Assembly (NCBI GenBank): GCA_004022145.1
Contig: RCNU01000002.1
Source of the DNA: Paecilomyces variotii
Lineage: Eukaryota
Direction: 5' to 3' (one strand)
Length of the DNA stretch: 64,000 bases
Each line of letters opens with the position of its first letter. The first letter of the stretch is position 1. This document shows positions 11,739 through 23,977 of this stretch, one piece after another. A program made the position numbers and the translations under genes. The notes beneath the pieces were generated by a model. It had not been told where the DNA came from and searched no databases. It saw nothing but the letters and a program-made list of their open reading frames with translations.

Positions 11739-12374
11739 CTCGACGGAGCAGTATACATCAACAGCCCGGGAGGAGTGGAGAGTTGCAAGAGGAAAAGTAC
11801 TGTACCATCAAAGGCCTTCCTTAAGGGAGAAACCGACTTAACGCCGTGCCGGGACCGTCCCGTCGGAACGTCCCGAGGGCGATCGGATGTGCCAGACTTT
11901 TCCCGATGCTCGGGATCATTAATTAAACTAGTTAACAGCTAGATAGTTAAGTTAACTACAATCTGTCGCGTTGAATACTCATTCCAAATATCATTCCTAT
12001 TCTCACAACCTCTGCTCGCGAATTACCGATTTCAACATGGAACCAGAGTCAGACGGGACCCTTGCCGCACAAGTTATTTACAATGCATGTGAGCAATGAG
12101 AAGGACAATGCAAAAACAGTTAACTATCCAGAGTACAGAAGAACTATTGCCACACCTAAACTGGGTCTGATCCTGCATTAAATGCAAAAGACAGGGACTG
12201 AGAAAAGCCCCCCGGACAACGAATGCTCGAACATGGGAGAGGGGAAATAGACATCGTAAGAACACAACACCGGGCAGAAAAAGAAAAAGAAAAAAAGATA
12301 TACTGTCGTGAGGTCATGGCTACGTTACAGGACATTATAATAGGCATAGAAAGGCGGTAGACGAGACGAAGAGC

Positions 12375-15300
12375 TCATGAGACATTCCCATCAGTGCTTC
12401 CATCATCGCCCCGCACGTCGGCTGCGCTTGCGACACGAGAAGTATTTTCAACACGCGGACGATGTTCTATGTGCACAGATTGGAATTGGTGCCAGCAGCT
12501 GGAGAAGTTAGTGTCTAACAGACCCCAAAGCCGTCCTGGGTACAGTACTTACTTTGGCGCGTGGAGCACATATCGAGCCATGGCTTCTCGGAAACGACTC
12601 TTGTACTCCTTCGGACTGGTGACGGTGGGCCGGTTCTTACCACCACCTGCGAAGCCACGGTCCTTGATCCACGACTCCAGTTTCTTGTCCCACGTATACG
12701 TCCGGATGCAGTCGATGATGCCGACAACAAGCTCCTGGCGCTGTTCGTCAATGGCGATCATAAGAGAATAATCCATGACGTTCTGTCGACCCAGGAACAA
12801 GGTATCATTCCAAACGCTCTGGCTGAGCAGCTTTTTCGAATGTTCCCGCGCGAATAAAGGGGTCTCATAGATGAAGTCGACCATGTTCTCGTCCAACAGT
12901 ACCTCGTTGCGCTCCCCAGTACTCTGCACCTTGCGATTCCGCATGGACCCCTTCAGGTCAAAGATGCGTGTCGGAATACGGTCGTAGAAGAGGTTCTCCA
13001 TCAAGAGAAGATACCAGTTGAACTCCACGCCCGTAGAGGGATTCTTGATGATCACTTGGTAGAATCCAAACATCTTAGCAATGGCTGACGGTAATTCGTG
13101 GAAAAGCGCCTCCGACATGATCTGGAAGTAGGCTGGAGCAAACTTCAGAAAGGCCTGGGTCTCGATGGGGGAGAGTGACTTGAGAATGAACCGATCGTCT
13201 AGTGTCTTCAGGAACAATGATTTAGTCTTGCCACCCTTGGAGTCCCATTTGGCGCAGCGAGACAGCGACTCAACAATGCGGTCTGCAATACCGCATTTTC
13301 TGCGGAGAGCGTCGAATTGCTCCGCATAGAACACCTTGCAAAGCATCTTTGCTTGTCCTTCTTGGAATTGATACTTGAGGTGTGTTCCTGTGGCCCTCAA
13401 CAAGGAGTGTTCCACTTGCGCCTCGTCATCGTCACGATCGCCGATTGACTCCGTCTTCTCTTCCGTCTCTTCGAAATGCTTCTGGATGCTGGCGAGCTTT
13501 TGCTTATAGTCCGACGAATCTAACGCAAAAGCGATCAGGGAGCTAGGCTCATCTTCGCGCACAATGATGTCGCAGTCAGCGAAGACATGATCAGACACCT
13601 TCAACGGATAATCCAGCGGCGCCCATCCACTCGCAGAACGTTCAGCCCAGAAATTGGTCAGCATTCGCACCAGCGTACTTCGTTCATGTTTCGGCAGTTC
13701 CTTTAGATCCAGACTATCGTCTGGCTCGAGCTTTGAAAGTTCGTCAGGGGTCTCAACCAACTGAAGCTCATCGGTCAAGCTCCTCTCTGCATCGCTATGC
13801 TCCTCTTCAGCTTCAGATGCAACTTGACTGGTTTCACGAGTAGGCTCCTCGATCTCCGTCGATTGCACCGTCACCTCCTCCAAGGCAGGCTCTTTCGTAG
13901 AAACATCGGCAGAGTTTTTCCGTGTGAGCTCTTCGCTTTCTCGGCTCTGGTCATCCAAAGAAGCAGGCCGTTCGGACGACATGAAATCATCCCCTTCACC
14001 TGATGGCTCCCGTTCTTCCACTGCCTCTCGCACGTTTCTGTAAACCTCGACGATCGGTTTTGACGACGCCCGTGGGAAGGCACGAGAGTGTTTGCCCTTT
14101 GCTGCTCGTTGTTGTCTCTCCCTCTGGCGTTCTTTTTCAAATTCTCGACTGAGCTGCTCAAAATGCTTGGCCAGATTCGAGACACGGCTGCTCTTCTTTT
14201 TAGTAGGGACGGAGCGAGGAATTAGCGAGTGTCCGCCCGTGAGTCTTCCGGTCTTCAGAGCGCTGAATCCCAGACGATCCGAGAGCTTCTTGTCGTTGAC
14301 TTTGATTTTTGGCTCGTACGGCGGGATAGCTGCTTTATCTACGTTCCTGGAATTGGTGTTGCCAAAGCCAGACTTCAATGCCCCTAGTGGGCCAGTTGAG
14401 CCATTGCTCCTTTGTCGTTGTAAGCCAACAGGCTGGGAATAAGTCCGGAACAACGGAGGAGATCGTGCTTTCCCACCACTGGAACGCATGCCCCCTTCGA
14501 CGGGCCTCGGGATTGCTGAAGGTGGAAGAACAGGTGTGGCTTCCGGAGTCGCTCCATTCGACTCACGTCTCTCGATTGCAGGTACCTTTTCGGAACGCAA
14601 GGGTAAGCCTGGGGGTGATAGGTTACTGATTCTCTCATCCAGATCCAGAGAAGGAGTAGCAGGCCTCGATACTCCTACGCGATCTGCATAAGTAGACTCC
14701 AAGGTTGACTCTTGCGAGAGACTAGACGGGATAGCCAGATCCAGATGCTGAACCCCTTCTGGATTCGTCGCTTCAGACGGCGGAAGGCGAGAGTCTTTGT
14801 TTGCCTCAGGACTCGCAGGGGGCGCTTGTTCCTCAATATCATCCGGTCTGGCGGAGAGAGTCGGAGAGTCAACGACAGCCTGAGTTGCGTCTTTGTTCAT
14901 TTTTCCAGAGTGCTCTTCGACGACAGAGACGAGTACGTCCTGCGCTTTTTCTGGGGACAGGGTCATTCGGCGAACTGGCCGTGGTTTCTCTGTGTCTTGA
15001 GCAGCCTCCTCGGCTCCCGGTTCTGAAGGTGTGGCAGCAGCCTCTTCTGTCGAAGTCAATGAAGTGATAGATGCGTCTCTGTCCAAGAATATCTTCTTCA
15101 ATTGCAATGCTGCCAATCGTCGAATATCCTTCTCGGAGGGAAAGAAGTTCTTCTCAAATTCCGCGAAGGCAGCGTCCCATTCCACAACCTTCTCTTGGAC
15201 AGAACGGAGAACCTCGTTGAGAGGTATAACCGCCCAGTACTGTGAGTTCATATACTTGTCCTGCAACTGTCTAATCAAAGCTGCATGGTCATCATTCGCT

Positions 15301-18300
15301 TTTTTCATCAGAGCCTCTGTTTCCCGTTTACAGCTCTCGACCAATTCCGGCATCACACTTTCCACATTTATGCTTTTAAGTCGAGCTTTCACGGATGCCA
15401 TGAACTTGTTGATACGGTGTTCGGTCTTTGAATACACCTCGTTTCTGAGTCGCAAATCATTGTCCACTTTCCACGTTACGCGAGTTCGCGGGACGATGAT
15501 TTCGAGTATATTGATAGGGTCATAATGGATACGTAAAGCCACATCCTTAAACCCGAAGTAGCGAAGGTGGTCACGGTGCAAATCGTGAGGGCAGACACCG
15601 GCCCGCGGATGCAAGTTTGCACACCAGAACGACAGCTCCAGATACTTTCCGAAGGAATACTTCCAGGTGCTCTCAGACATCGGCATGACCTGAGTCTCAT
15701 TGCCACATATCTTGCAGCTACTCCACATAAGGATTGTATCTTGCATACCGCGGAGCTTACTTGGATATGGTTGAACAAAGACGCTGATTTGAGCCTCACC
15801 GTGGACATATTGGCGGTGGTGCTCAAACATCCTCTTCTCGCACCCGTTTGCGGTGCAGATAGCATTGGCACTTAAGCAAAGGTCCTCTACATATTGCCCG
15901 AGCGTACAGTCAGGTTCAAACATTCTGTCGCTTTCGTGCTCGTTGTAGAACTCAATCGCGAAGACATCTGGGCCAGAGCAAGGGATAGACGTGGTCGTGC
16001 AGACCAGGCTGAAAAGAACGACAATATTTTGGTGGGCATAAGGGTCGAACAAGTTCGTGTTACCCGAAACGTAAGCCTCCCATTGCCTTTTCTGGGTCAG
16101 GTAGTTATGAAGAGCCCTGTCAAACTCTGCGTCGTGAACAGCATGAAGAACCTCCCTGACTTTTGGCGGAGCACCGCGAGGTGATTGATGCACCATCTCC
16201 GGTGTGATCAAGACAAACTTCTGTGATTTCGCTTTCTCGTCGGTTGATTGATCTGCGGCATCATCCTGATCACGGAGGCGCTTAAGGTAAGCAAGCCTGC
16301 GTTCTAGTTCCCGCGCGCGCATGAGGAGATAAGGAGGTTCAAATTTGACAAAGGGAGAGGCCGATAATATCTTGGTCTGATGCTTCTCGACCATATCTTC
16401 GTAGAAAGTAGGCATGGGTACGTCATCCGGAACGTCATTGCTTTCACCAGTAGCTGTCATAACGAGATCTTTCGACGGTACCACCGCGGTTGACTGTTCG
16501 CCTGCCGCTTCCTTGGAGTCGGTCAGTGCCTTCGCATTGCCGCCCTTGCCAGAGGTTTCACCTCCATTCTTGACGAGCTCGTCAGGAGATGTGGGTATCT
16601 GCGCAAATTCATCCCTCATCAGACAGGTCTCCAACTTGAGGTTGTACACGACGTAAACCATAAACTCCGTGATTCGCTTGACATTTACGAGGACGTCGTT
16701 ATCAGCTCCGCGCAAAACAATGGTACAGCCAAGTTCCTTTGGGCAGCCAGAGATATACATATACGTCTTTCTGCGGCCACCGTAGACGTAAGTTTTGACA
16801 TCGAAACTGCCACAGTGGCCAGTATGAGCTGGAGTGGTTACGAGTTTATCCATAGATGTGATAATGCGTGTCTGGGTGCATCTGGACACTGCCTCCAGTA
16901 CAGACGGCTTCACATTGTACGCAGTTGCGATGTTGGCTTTCTCAAGAAGCTCGAGTGCTAGACCGGACACATTCTTCTCGACCAGAAGCAAATTAGGGCG
17001 CAAAGCAGCAATGCGGCTGACAAGGTTCTCCAAGAATTCGCGCTCTTGCCGAATCACCGGCTCGAGACTCATAAAGTGTTGCTGATACCGCGCATACTCA
17101 AGCGGAAATGTAATGATGAGAATATTTGGCTGTGGGATGCTTCGAGGCATGCTTTTCAGTGCAAGGTTCTTAGTGAATACAAGTCCTGACACATAAGAGG
17201 TATCGCCGGGTCGGCCACCAGGTATCTTTTTCAGCTTGATATAGTGGCGAATATCCATGTCGTCTCCATGTTGAACGTCTGGATCCACCTCATCGGTGGC
17301 TTTCAGAAGAATAGGCAGAAGGGCATTCTCCCAACTATGGGCATGAGGTATAGCAGTGTCTTTTAGCAGTTGTCCGAGTAGCTTACGGACATGCTGCAGG
17401 CTCGCCCTGTTTAGCTCGATCGCCGGGGCGCCAGCACCCCTCATTGAGGAGCTTCTTGTCATTTTGAACCCACTGGATGCTACACCAGTAGAGCAGGCAA
17501 CCCCTTGTGGACTTTGAGGGAGAACGCTGAAAATACCCTCTTTGAAGATCCTTGGTGAAGGTCGCTGGTGAATACTACTGGCAACACTCAGATTGCGGCG
17601 GCGACCCTGACGCGGTAGATTCACTGCTCTCGAGCTAGTGATGCTACCATCCTCAGCGTCGCGACCAGAATGGATACCGCTAGCAGCGCTGCGGTCGCCA
17701 AAACGAGATCTACCCTTTTTGACAGCTGCCAAAAGCCCGCCAAGCGTAGCTTTCTCGTGATCACCACTACCTTTGGGCAAGGAACCATCGGAAACAGCAG
17801 CGAAGATGTTTGGTTGTTCATCCCCACTAGACGCATCATCAGAAAGATACTGAGCTAAGTCGGGATCGATGATACTGTCTTTATGGAAGGCCGGAAGATG
17901 GGCCTCTGGGCCGATCTCTTCCACATGCCGACGCTGAAAGGGGGCCCTGTCGTCGTGGAAAGATTTAAAGTTGCGTATATACTGCTGACGGGAATGGTGA
18001 CGTTTGTGGCTCATGCTATAGGGACGTCCCCCATGAGATGACTTCAGAGAACGAGACGAAGTCGGTCTCGCTAAAGGTCGGTCAGAATCGATCTCTAAGA
18101 CAGCTGAACGACGATTATGACCTTCTCCCGCTCGCTTTGTGGCAGGAATAGCCATTGTCGGTGTTTTCATGACGTGCTCTATAGACTGAGAAACTATAGA
18201 AGCTGAATCGTCATCATCAATCAGCGGTCGAGGAGGGTTCACGTGTAAAGGAGAGTTGGATATGAGAGTGTGGGGCACGATAGGGCTGGCTTCGTTCTCC

Positions 18301-20045
18301 GTGAAGTCTGATGAGTCGTCTTCGTGAGCGTTTATCATGACTTCGCAAGGTTTACAGACACGTATCGACCCGCTCTGCCCAAACTGCGCGCCAGGGATCA
18401 AGGAGGTACACTTCGAATCGAAGATCTGGCCACATGTCCGACAATGGTGTTTCCGTCGAAAGGTCGAGAAAGGCTCTCCACAGTGGAAACAATCCTTCGC
18501 ATTTTCGTCACGCATCCAGAAGTCTTTGCTCAGTAGTCTGCTCCTCAATTGTGTCATAACATTACTTTGGTTTGCTGTCTCGCCAGCCGGATATGAAGGG
18601 CGTTTGTCACGGGAATTTTGGCTATTCGAGCCATTTGTAGACCCTCTTGTAGCAACAGGTGAGCTTGTTGTGGCAGTATCTGTTGACGATGTTCGGGACA
18701 TGATGTAGCCTGGTAGGCGACTCTGTACGGTGTGCGGAGTCGCTTTCTGTCGTGGCTTGTTAACAGAATGCCTGGAGGAAAGAGCCGACTTATGCTCATT
18801 GTCAGTCATCGCAATGGACGTCTCCAATGTAGTAGGAGTCCGTGCTTCGGGTCCGGAGCTATCATCGTTAGGGATTCTAGAAAGGCTGTTTGTAGCAGAG
18901 CTTATGCCCGCTGACTCTTCTGACGCAAGCGCGACTGATGAGCTGGGCGCCGAGCTATCCTGAGATGAGAGCTGAGTGTCATGTGCGCCATCAGTTTGCT
19001 TCGTTTTCCATGTTGAGTTGGGCACAGATGTGTCTAATTCGGGCAACGGGTGGCGATCGAGGGGGACATAACCAGCTTTCTTCGGTTTATCGTTACTCAA
19101 CGGTTCCCGTCCTAAGCTCGGAGAGCGGGTACTATCGGGTACATTTTGCCCATCGCCATACAAGACGTTGGAAGATTTAGCAGTAAGGATCGGAGAATAA
19201 GACTTGCGGGGACTCAATCCTAATGAGCTTTGACCCTGAGAAGGGTTAGGTGAACTTTCATCTCTGCCGGTCGCGACTGGATCCGCATTATACATGGCAT
19301 GAGAAGATAAGCTGGCAGAATTGCTCCTAGAGCGATCAGGAGCATCCCTGGTAGCGTTCACCTTGACTTCCGTAACTGTGGGATCCGCCGTAGAGACATT
19401 ACTTGTCGTCTTAGGGAGAGGCGCAGTGGGTGACTTCACGGGAGGAGCTGGCGAGACGGAAGCTTTTGAGGAGATGCTAGCAGTCTTCGAGGAGAACCTC
19501 GAGCTCTTCGCTGCCTGCGCTTGGGCAGAGGCATCTGCATTTGACGGGAAAGCGTTCAAAATCGGCGAATGGATCTTTGACCCTTGGGCCGAGCTCGGGT
19601 ACGAAGAATGGGAATCTGCAGTCGGGACAACAGGAGTCGGAGCAGCGCTCGACTTGGGACTAACGAAGTCACTGTTGGGACTCCTGATGCCAGATCCATC
19701 TGCTGAAGGGGCCCCATCCACTGGCTTTCCAGAGCCACCGACGATGTCTTTGACTCCTCCAACAGACGCCCTGAGTCGGTTATACAGTCCACTCAAGCCT
19801 CCCTGAATATCCCCGGTTAAACTTTTGTTATCTGTCACATTTGATGAATTCGGAGGATGCGTAAACTCGTTGAAGACTGTCAGCGAGTCTGACTGATAGG
19901 CGGCAGAATGTATTTGGTCCAAGGCCTCGTTCAGATTTTCCCGTTCCGCCTGACTCGATATCGATGCTCGAGAACTACGTCTCCCTAGAGGTAGAAAGAT
20001 CGACGACGCAGATGGGCTCGCGCCCGGAGACTTCTGCGAAGCCAT
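12375..20045 (-). CDS. FAB1: 1-phosphatidylinositol-3-phosphate 5-kinase (Fab1/PIKfyve)
   Basis: FYVE domain (FWMRDENAKDCFHC...RRKHHCRTCG), CCT/chaperonin-like domain, Cys/His-rich CCR region and PIP kinase domain (GGKTKS, FDLKGS, MDYSL, IIDCIRTYTW). Likely start MASQKSPG at 20045. A final intron at ~12499-12552 leads to the last exon NCWHQF...* with stop at 12375-12377. Confidence 0.97.
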
Positions 20046-20783
20046 ACCAGGTACGCTTGAATCGTGAAGGTCACAGAGCGACTTGGGCAAGCGAACGACA
20101 AGATATCATGGCGCGTCAAACATATCACCATTCCAGGTATCGGATATCACGAACTGGGGAAGCTTCCCCAGATAATAATCGATAGAGACAGCAAGCATCG
20201 AGTCTATTATGAGGTGGGTAAGTTACCCATCGTCTCCAGGAACCTGCCCAATACGCAAAGTCAGCAAACCCCGCCTTCAGAGCAGTTTCTAGAATAGTGC
20301 ATGCTATCTGACCATACCAATAACAGAATAGGATGCAGTAGTAAACCAAGACTGACCAAGATCGCTGATGTTCATAAAGGGCCGATAGACGACCAGCTTC
20401 TTCTCTTCTCTTTGTTTCCGACGCAGGCAGGCCTACGATATGAACGTCTCTGCCCAATGACGTGGTGTGGCGCCCACGGCACGTGGAAGTGATGGATGAC
20501 TCAGCACAAATTGTCCGGCAGAACTTCTCGGGCGGTGAAATCACGTCTCCAGATCCCGTGCGTGTCGCGTCTGGAAAGTGATCAGGGAGTGGGCAGATGT
20601 CGCATCAATGGCCGCTATAATGTGAATAAAACAGCAGCTGCAGTGATGAACAGCCTTTATTATCTTTCAATCAATTCTACCCCATTTTGGCTCCGTTCTC
20701 CCGAGACTAGCCGCAGCAGGGATTCCGAAATGAAGTTTCTACAGCGCCCTCTAAGCTCTACCGACATTAAACCATAGGTATTA

Positions 20784-21325
20784 GATTCTTCGGACAGTTG
20801 GATTCGCCCTGTCGCTAAGAGAGCTATATCTTCAGTTGCGTACCGATCATTCAGATAAGCAATTACTACGGCATTCCCCGTCAGCCTCTAAGACGCCGGA
20901 GAAATTCGCAATTTACAAAGTTGGGCAACTCAGGAGACGCAAATAGTCGAAGTACATACATACAACAGCCTTTCTTCCCGTTTATCCTCTCTTATTGCTG
21001 ACTCTTCTAATTAGTTCCTTGAAGAACCACGTTGAATTTAAGCCGCCAAGTGCGATGCGAATGTCACAATTCTGTTCAGATCCTCTTCGCGAGCTTATAG
21101 TAACAACTCACTTGGTCGTTCTCCGGTACATGTGGGTTCAAAGTATGCGGCGACAGCAGAATTGAATTATTTCAAATACACGCCTGAGATCCAATCTATA
21201 TCGAAAGTTTCCAACTTCAAAAGGAAAGAGAATCGTCGATTCGGAGCTCAGCCAATCACTAAGACGGGAAACGTCTACGAATACGTGAATAGGCATTCAA
21301 GCATATCAAGGCTTCTTGAGGCACT
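20784..21325 (+). pseudogene. Eroded 5' exons (probable TPP1/Est3 OB-fold) of the downstream gene
   Basis: One frame reads DSSDSWIRPVAKRAISSVAYRSFR*AITTAFPVSL*DAGEIRNLQSWATQETQIVE. A putative intron follows at 20952-21014 (gtacat...gctgac...tag), then FLEEPR*I*AAKCDANVTILF...ELNYFKYTPEI. There are four in-frame stops, no ATG at the expected start, and the frame differs from the ORF at 21326. The OB-fold resemblance is from recall. Confidence 0.5.
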
Positions 21326-23977
21326 ATGGATGACCCAGAGGCAGACGCTTCCCAGTCGGACGGCTCCATGAAATCGCAGGCTAGTGTACTGTCTATGTCC
21401 AGACCAGATCAAAGGAACGGGTCTGACTCTCAGGAGAATCTTGCAACACAAATTGCGCCCACCCAAAGTGCCAACCTTTCTGACTCTATTCCGGCCCGGC
21501 AGCAGCGCTGTGTAGCGCCTGGCAAATATCTCTTAGGTGTACTGGGACAGCCCTCCAGATCTACTTCTAATACGCAAGTCCATACCGAAACGCCTCTTCA
21601 AAAACCTCTTCCTACTAGTGAGCCTCAGAACGCGACGGAAAAGTGCGCTCCTAATACGACTCCCAAACAAACTACAAGCCAGAGTTTACCGCTGGAGAGC
21701 AATAAGTCAGCCTCTAAAGAGGACAGAAACAAGCCGGGCGAGCAGACGCAGTCCTCTACGCAGAAAGCTCCTATTAACCTCTCACAGCTATCTTCACGCG
21801 ATTACGCTGGTAACACTTGTTCTATCGGCAGCTCCAGACCTGCAAATGGCAACCATGCAAACAATACGCGTCTCTCACAGACTGAGCAAGGTCAGAAGCG
21901 GAAGATAGACCGATCTCCACAGGGAAGTCAGACAGTCAGTCGAAAAGAGGCCGGCAGAAGCCCACGCAAACGACGAAAGCACTTACATCTGCCTCTAAAT
22001 GCAGAATCTGATCCTTCTAGTCCTTGGTATGGTATGACGAGGATACGTCGCAGGGACGTTCGAATCCCGAAAGATCAGGCCAGGTTGCTAGAGGATAGTC
22101 CCTGCTGGATGCCTCCAGCTCCTGGCGCTCCGCCGCCCCATTGCCATGTACCTCCGGCTCTCTTGCAGCAATGGAACGACGCGATAATTCGAAGGTTCTC
22201 TCGGTCCAAAGATGTCTCAGACCAAAGCCCGCCTTCGCAGATCGGATCTCCTCCCCTCCCTACTCCCGATGACCATGACCGATCTCAGTCGGACTCCGAA
22301 TCGGAAGCGTCTTGGGAACCGAGCCCTCCACATCACCTGCGAAATCCGCTCGTGCCGCCCGATAGTCCCGATGACCATGACCGATCTCAGTCAGACTCCG
22401 AATCGGAAGCGTCCTTGGAAGCAAGCCCTTCACATCACCTGCAAAATCCACTCGTGCCACCCGATTCCAGTCCGCCTGAGATAGCTGTTCGCACCAAACC
22501 GGCTAAAGATAAAAGCCGGGATAATCCTCAAGAGTCGCATTCTTCGTCTAACAACGGCCCTGAATCTGGCTCTCAAGCCGCTTTAGCTGCTGATGAACGA
22601 GAAGAACTAAGGGAAGGAGAAGAACGAGAAGAACGAGAAGGAGGACGAGAAGAATCAAATGACGAAAGTGATGAGTCAGATATGGATATCTCAATGCCCC
22701 ATCCGCTCCAGTCAGGTACCCAGCAGAGTGAAACTTCTGCTGCGGTCAGTTCCGGTCAAAGTCTCCCGAGTCAGAAGCTTGTACACGAAATTCAAGTAGT
22801 GGAAACGCCAGCTTCAGCCTTTGAACGTCTCCGGGCTAAGAGGATCGATGGCAATACGGTTTATCCAAAGCCCGGACACCAGCACTCGTCCCAGAGTACG
22901 AAGTTTTCGTCAGAGTCGAGGATTATGGCCACATATGGCAGCAGTGCTCCTGAGACAAGTTACTGTCCTCCCCCGGAAGCTTCCTCGGCTCATCCTGAAC
23001 GCGCCATTTCCCACGATCCCGCTGAAATCAGCTCTGCCGAACCCAGAGACTCCATGCTGAATTCACAGATGTCCGTCGATTCCAACTCACAGTCCCAGCG
23101 ACCTGAGCTTGAGGAGTCCCAGCATGAACGGTCGATTGTTCGGCGAAGGACAGGGAGCCCTGAAGAGAGACCACTGGGCGGTTCGTCTGGACAGCATCCT
23201 CCTCAAGGAGCCAGCAACTCTGGGGAACAGTTAGACCACTCATCTCCGCGCCTACCTTCTCCAGACCAGGAACATGCGGAGAAAGAATCAGCAGAAAACA
23301 TATCTCCGCGTCATCATCCTGTTATGGACCGGCCTGAGAACGATGTCGACCTATCTTCCTTGAACCAGTCAAGAGATGAAATACGTACCGACGAGATCTC
23401 CTGTTCAGAGCCTCCCGCAGAGCCACCTGCAGATTTCGCCTCTGATATACAGAAAGACGCCACTCCTAGAGCCAGTCCCGTTGTGCGAGCTGATCAGCAA
23501 AATTTGTCCGTGGGGAGTAATCTCGTCAAAGCCCAAAGAGCATACGAAAAATTCTGCCGTGACTACCCAGTATACCCTGGGGATTTCAGGCACTTTACTA
23601 GGATGTGTGTCAAGCTGGAGGCTGTGAGAGCCGGGGGACAGTTGCGACGATCGTTCCTTTGGGACGACTTTATCATCCGACATTTGGAAGACTACCCGCG
23701 TTATCTCGAGGCCTGTATTTCTGCCGTCGAAGAGCCCTGCAGATACGAAGATTACTTCGTTGGCACTTTCATGCGACCTTTGTACAAGAAGAGGAGTCTA
23801 ACAGCGGCTGCAGTGGAGGCTTCCGCAGCAAATTGCGCTCCTAGTAGAGCCTCAATTAGCGGCTATTCCACTACGCAGAGTGTGGCGAATCATTCTTTTA
23901 CAGGTAGCCTCGTCAACCAGCTCTCCCGGCTCCGGACATCCTCGTTTCAAGAAACGGCCGACTACGGCACCCCTTGA
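21326..23977 (+). CDS. 883-aa low-complexity protein; probable central portion of a TPP1/Est3-domain (Tpz1-like) shelterin subunit
   Basis: Long intact ORF, rich in S/P/Q/E. Two conserved-looking blocks, PWYGMTRIRRRDVRIPKDQARLLE...WMPPAPG...HVPPALLQQWN and YEKFCRDYPVYPGDFRHFTRMC...RRSFLWDDFIIRH, match what I recall of Eurotiales 'telomere replication protein EST3'-annotated proteins. The ORF is solid; the identity is less certain. Confidence 0.6.
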   Translation: MDDPEADASQSDGSMKSQASVLSMSRPDQRNGSDSQENLATQIAPTQSANLSDSIPARQQRCVAPGKYLLGVLGQPSRSTSNTQVHTETPLQKPLPTSEPQNATEKCAPNTTPKQTTSQSLPLESNKSASKEDRNKPGEQTQSSTQKAPINLSQLSSRDYAGNTCSIGSSRPANGNHANNTRLSQTEQGQKRKIDRSPQGSQTVSRKEAGRSPRKRRKHLHLPLNAESDPSSPWYGMTRIRRRDVRIPKDQARLLEDSPCWMPPAPGAPPPHCHVPPALLQQWNDAIIRRFSRSKDVSDQSPPSQIGSPPLPTPDDHDRSQSDSESEASWEPSPPHHLRNPLVPPDSPDDHDRSQSDSESEASLEASPSHHLQNPLVPPDSSPPEIAVRTKPAKDKSRDNPQESHSSSNNGPESGSQAALAADEREELREGEEREEREGGREESNDESDESDMDISMPHPLQSGTQQSETSAAVSSGQSLPSQKLVHEIQVVETPASAFERLRAKRIDGNTVYPKPGHQHSSQSTKFSSESRIMATYGSSAPETSYCPPPEASSAHPERAISHDPAEISSAEPRDSMLNSQMSVDSNSQSQRPELEESQHERSIVRRRTGSPEERPLGGSSGQHPPQGASNSGEQLDHSSPRLPSPDQEHAEKESAENISPRHHPVMDRPENDVDLSSLNQSRDEIRTDEISCSEPPAEPPADFASDIQKDATPRASPVVRADQQNLSVGSNLVKAQRAYEKFCRDYPVYPGDFRHFTRMCVKLEAVRAGGQLRRSFLWDDFIIRHLEDYPRYLEACISAVEEPCRYEDYFVGTFMRPLYKKRSLTAAAVEASAANCAPSRASISGYSTTQSVANHSFTGSLVNQLSRLRTSSFQETADYGTP
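22265..22468 (+). repeat. In-frame 102-bp tandem duplication (2 copies)
   Basis: 22265-22366 encodes PDDHDRSQSDSESEASWEPSPPHHLRNPLVPPDS and 22367-22468 encodes PDDHDRSQSDSESEASLEASPSHHLQNPLVPPDS. Confidence 0.95.

Noticed and set aside
20046-20090. Extension of FAB1 upstream of MASQK
   Set aside because: It begins at a non-ATG codon. The first ATG is at 20045.
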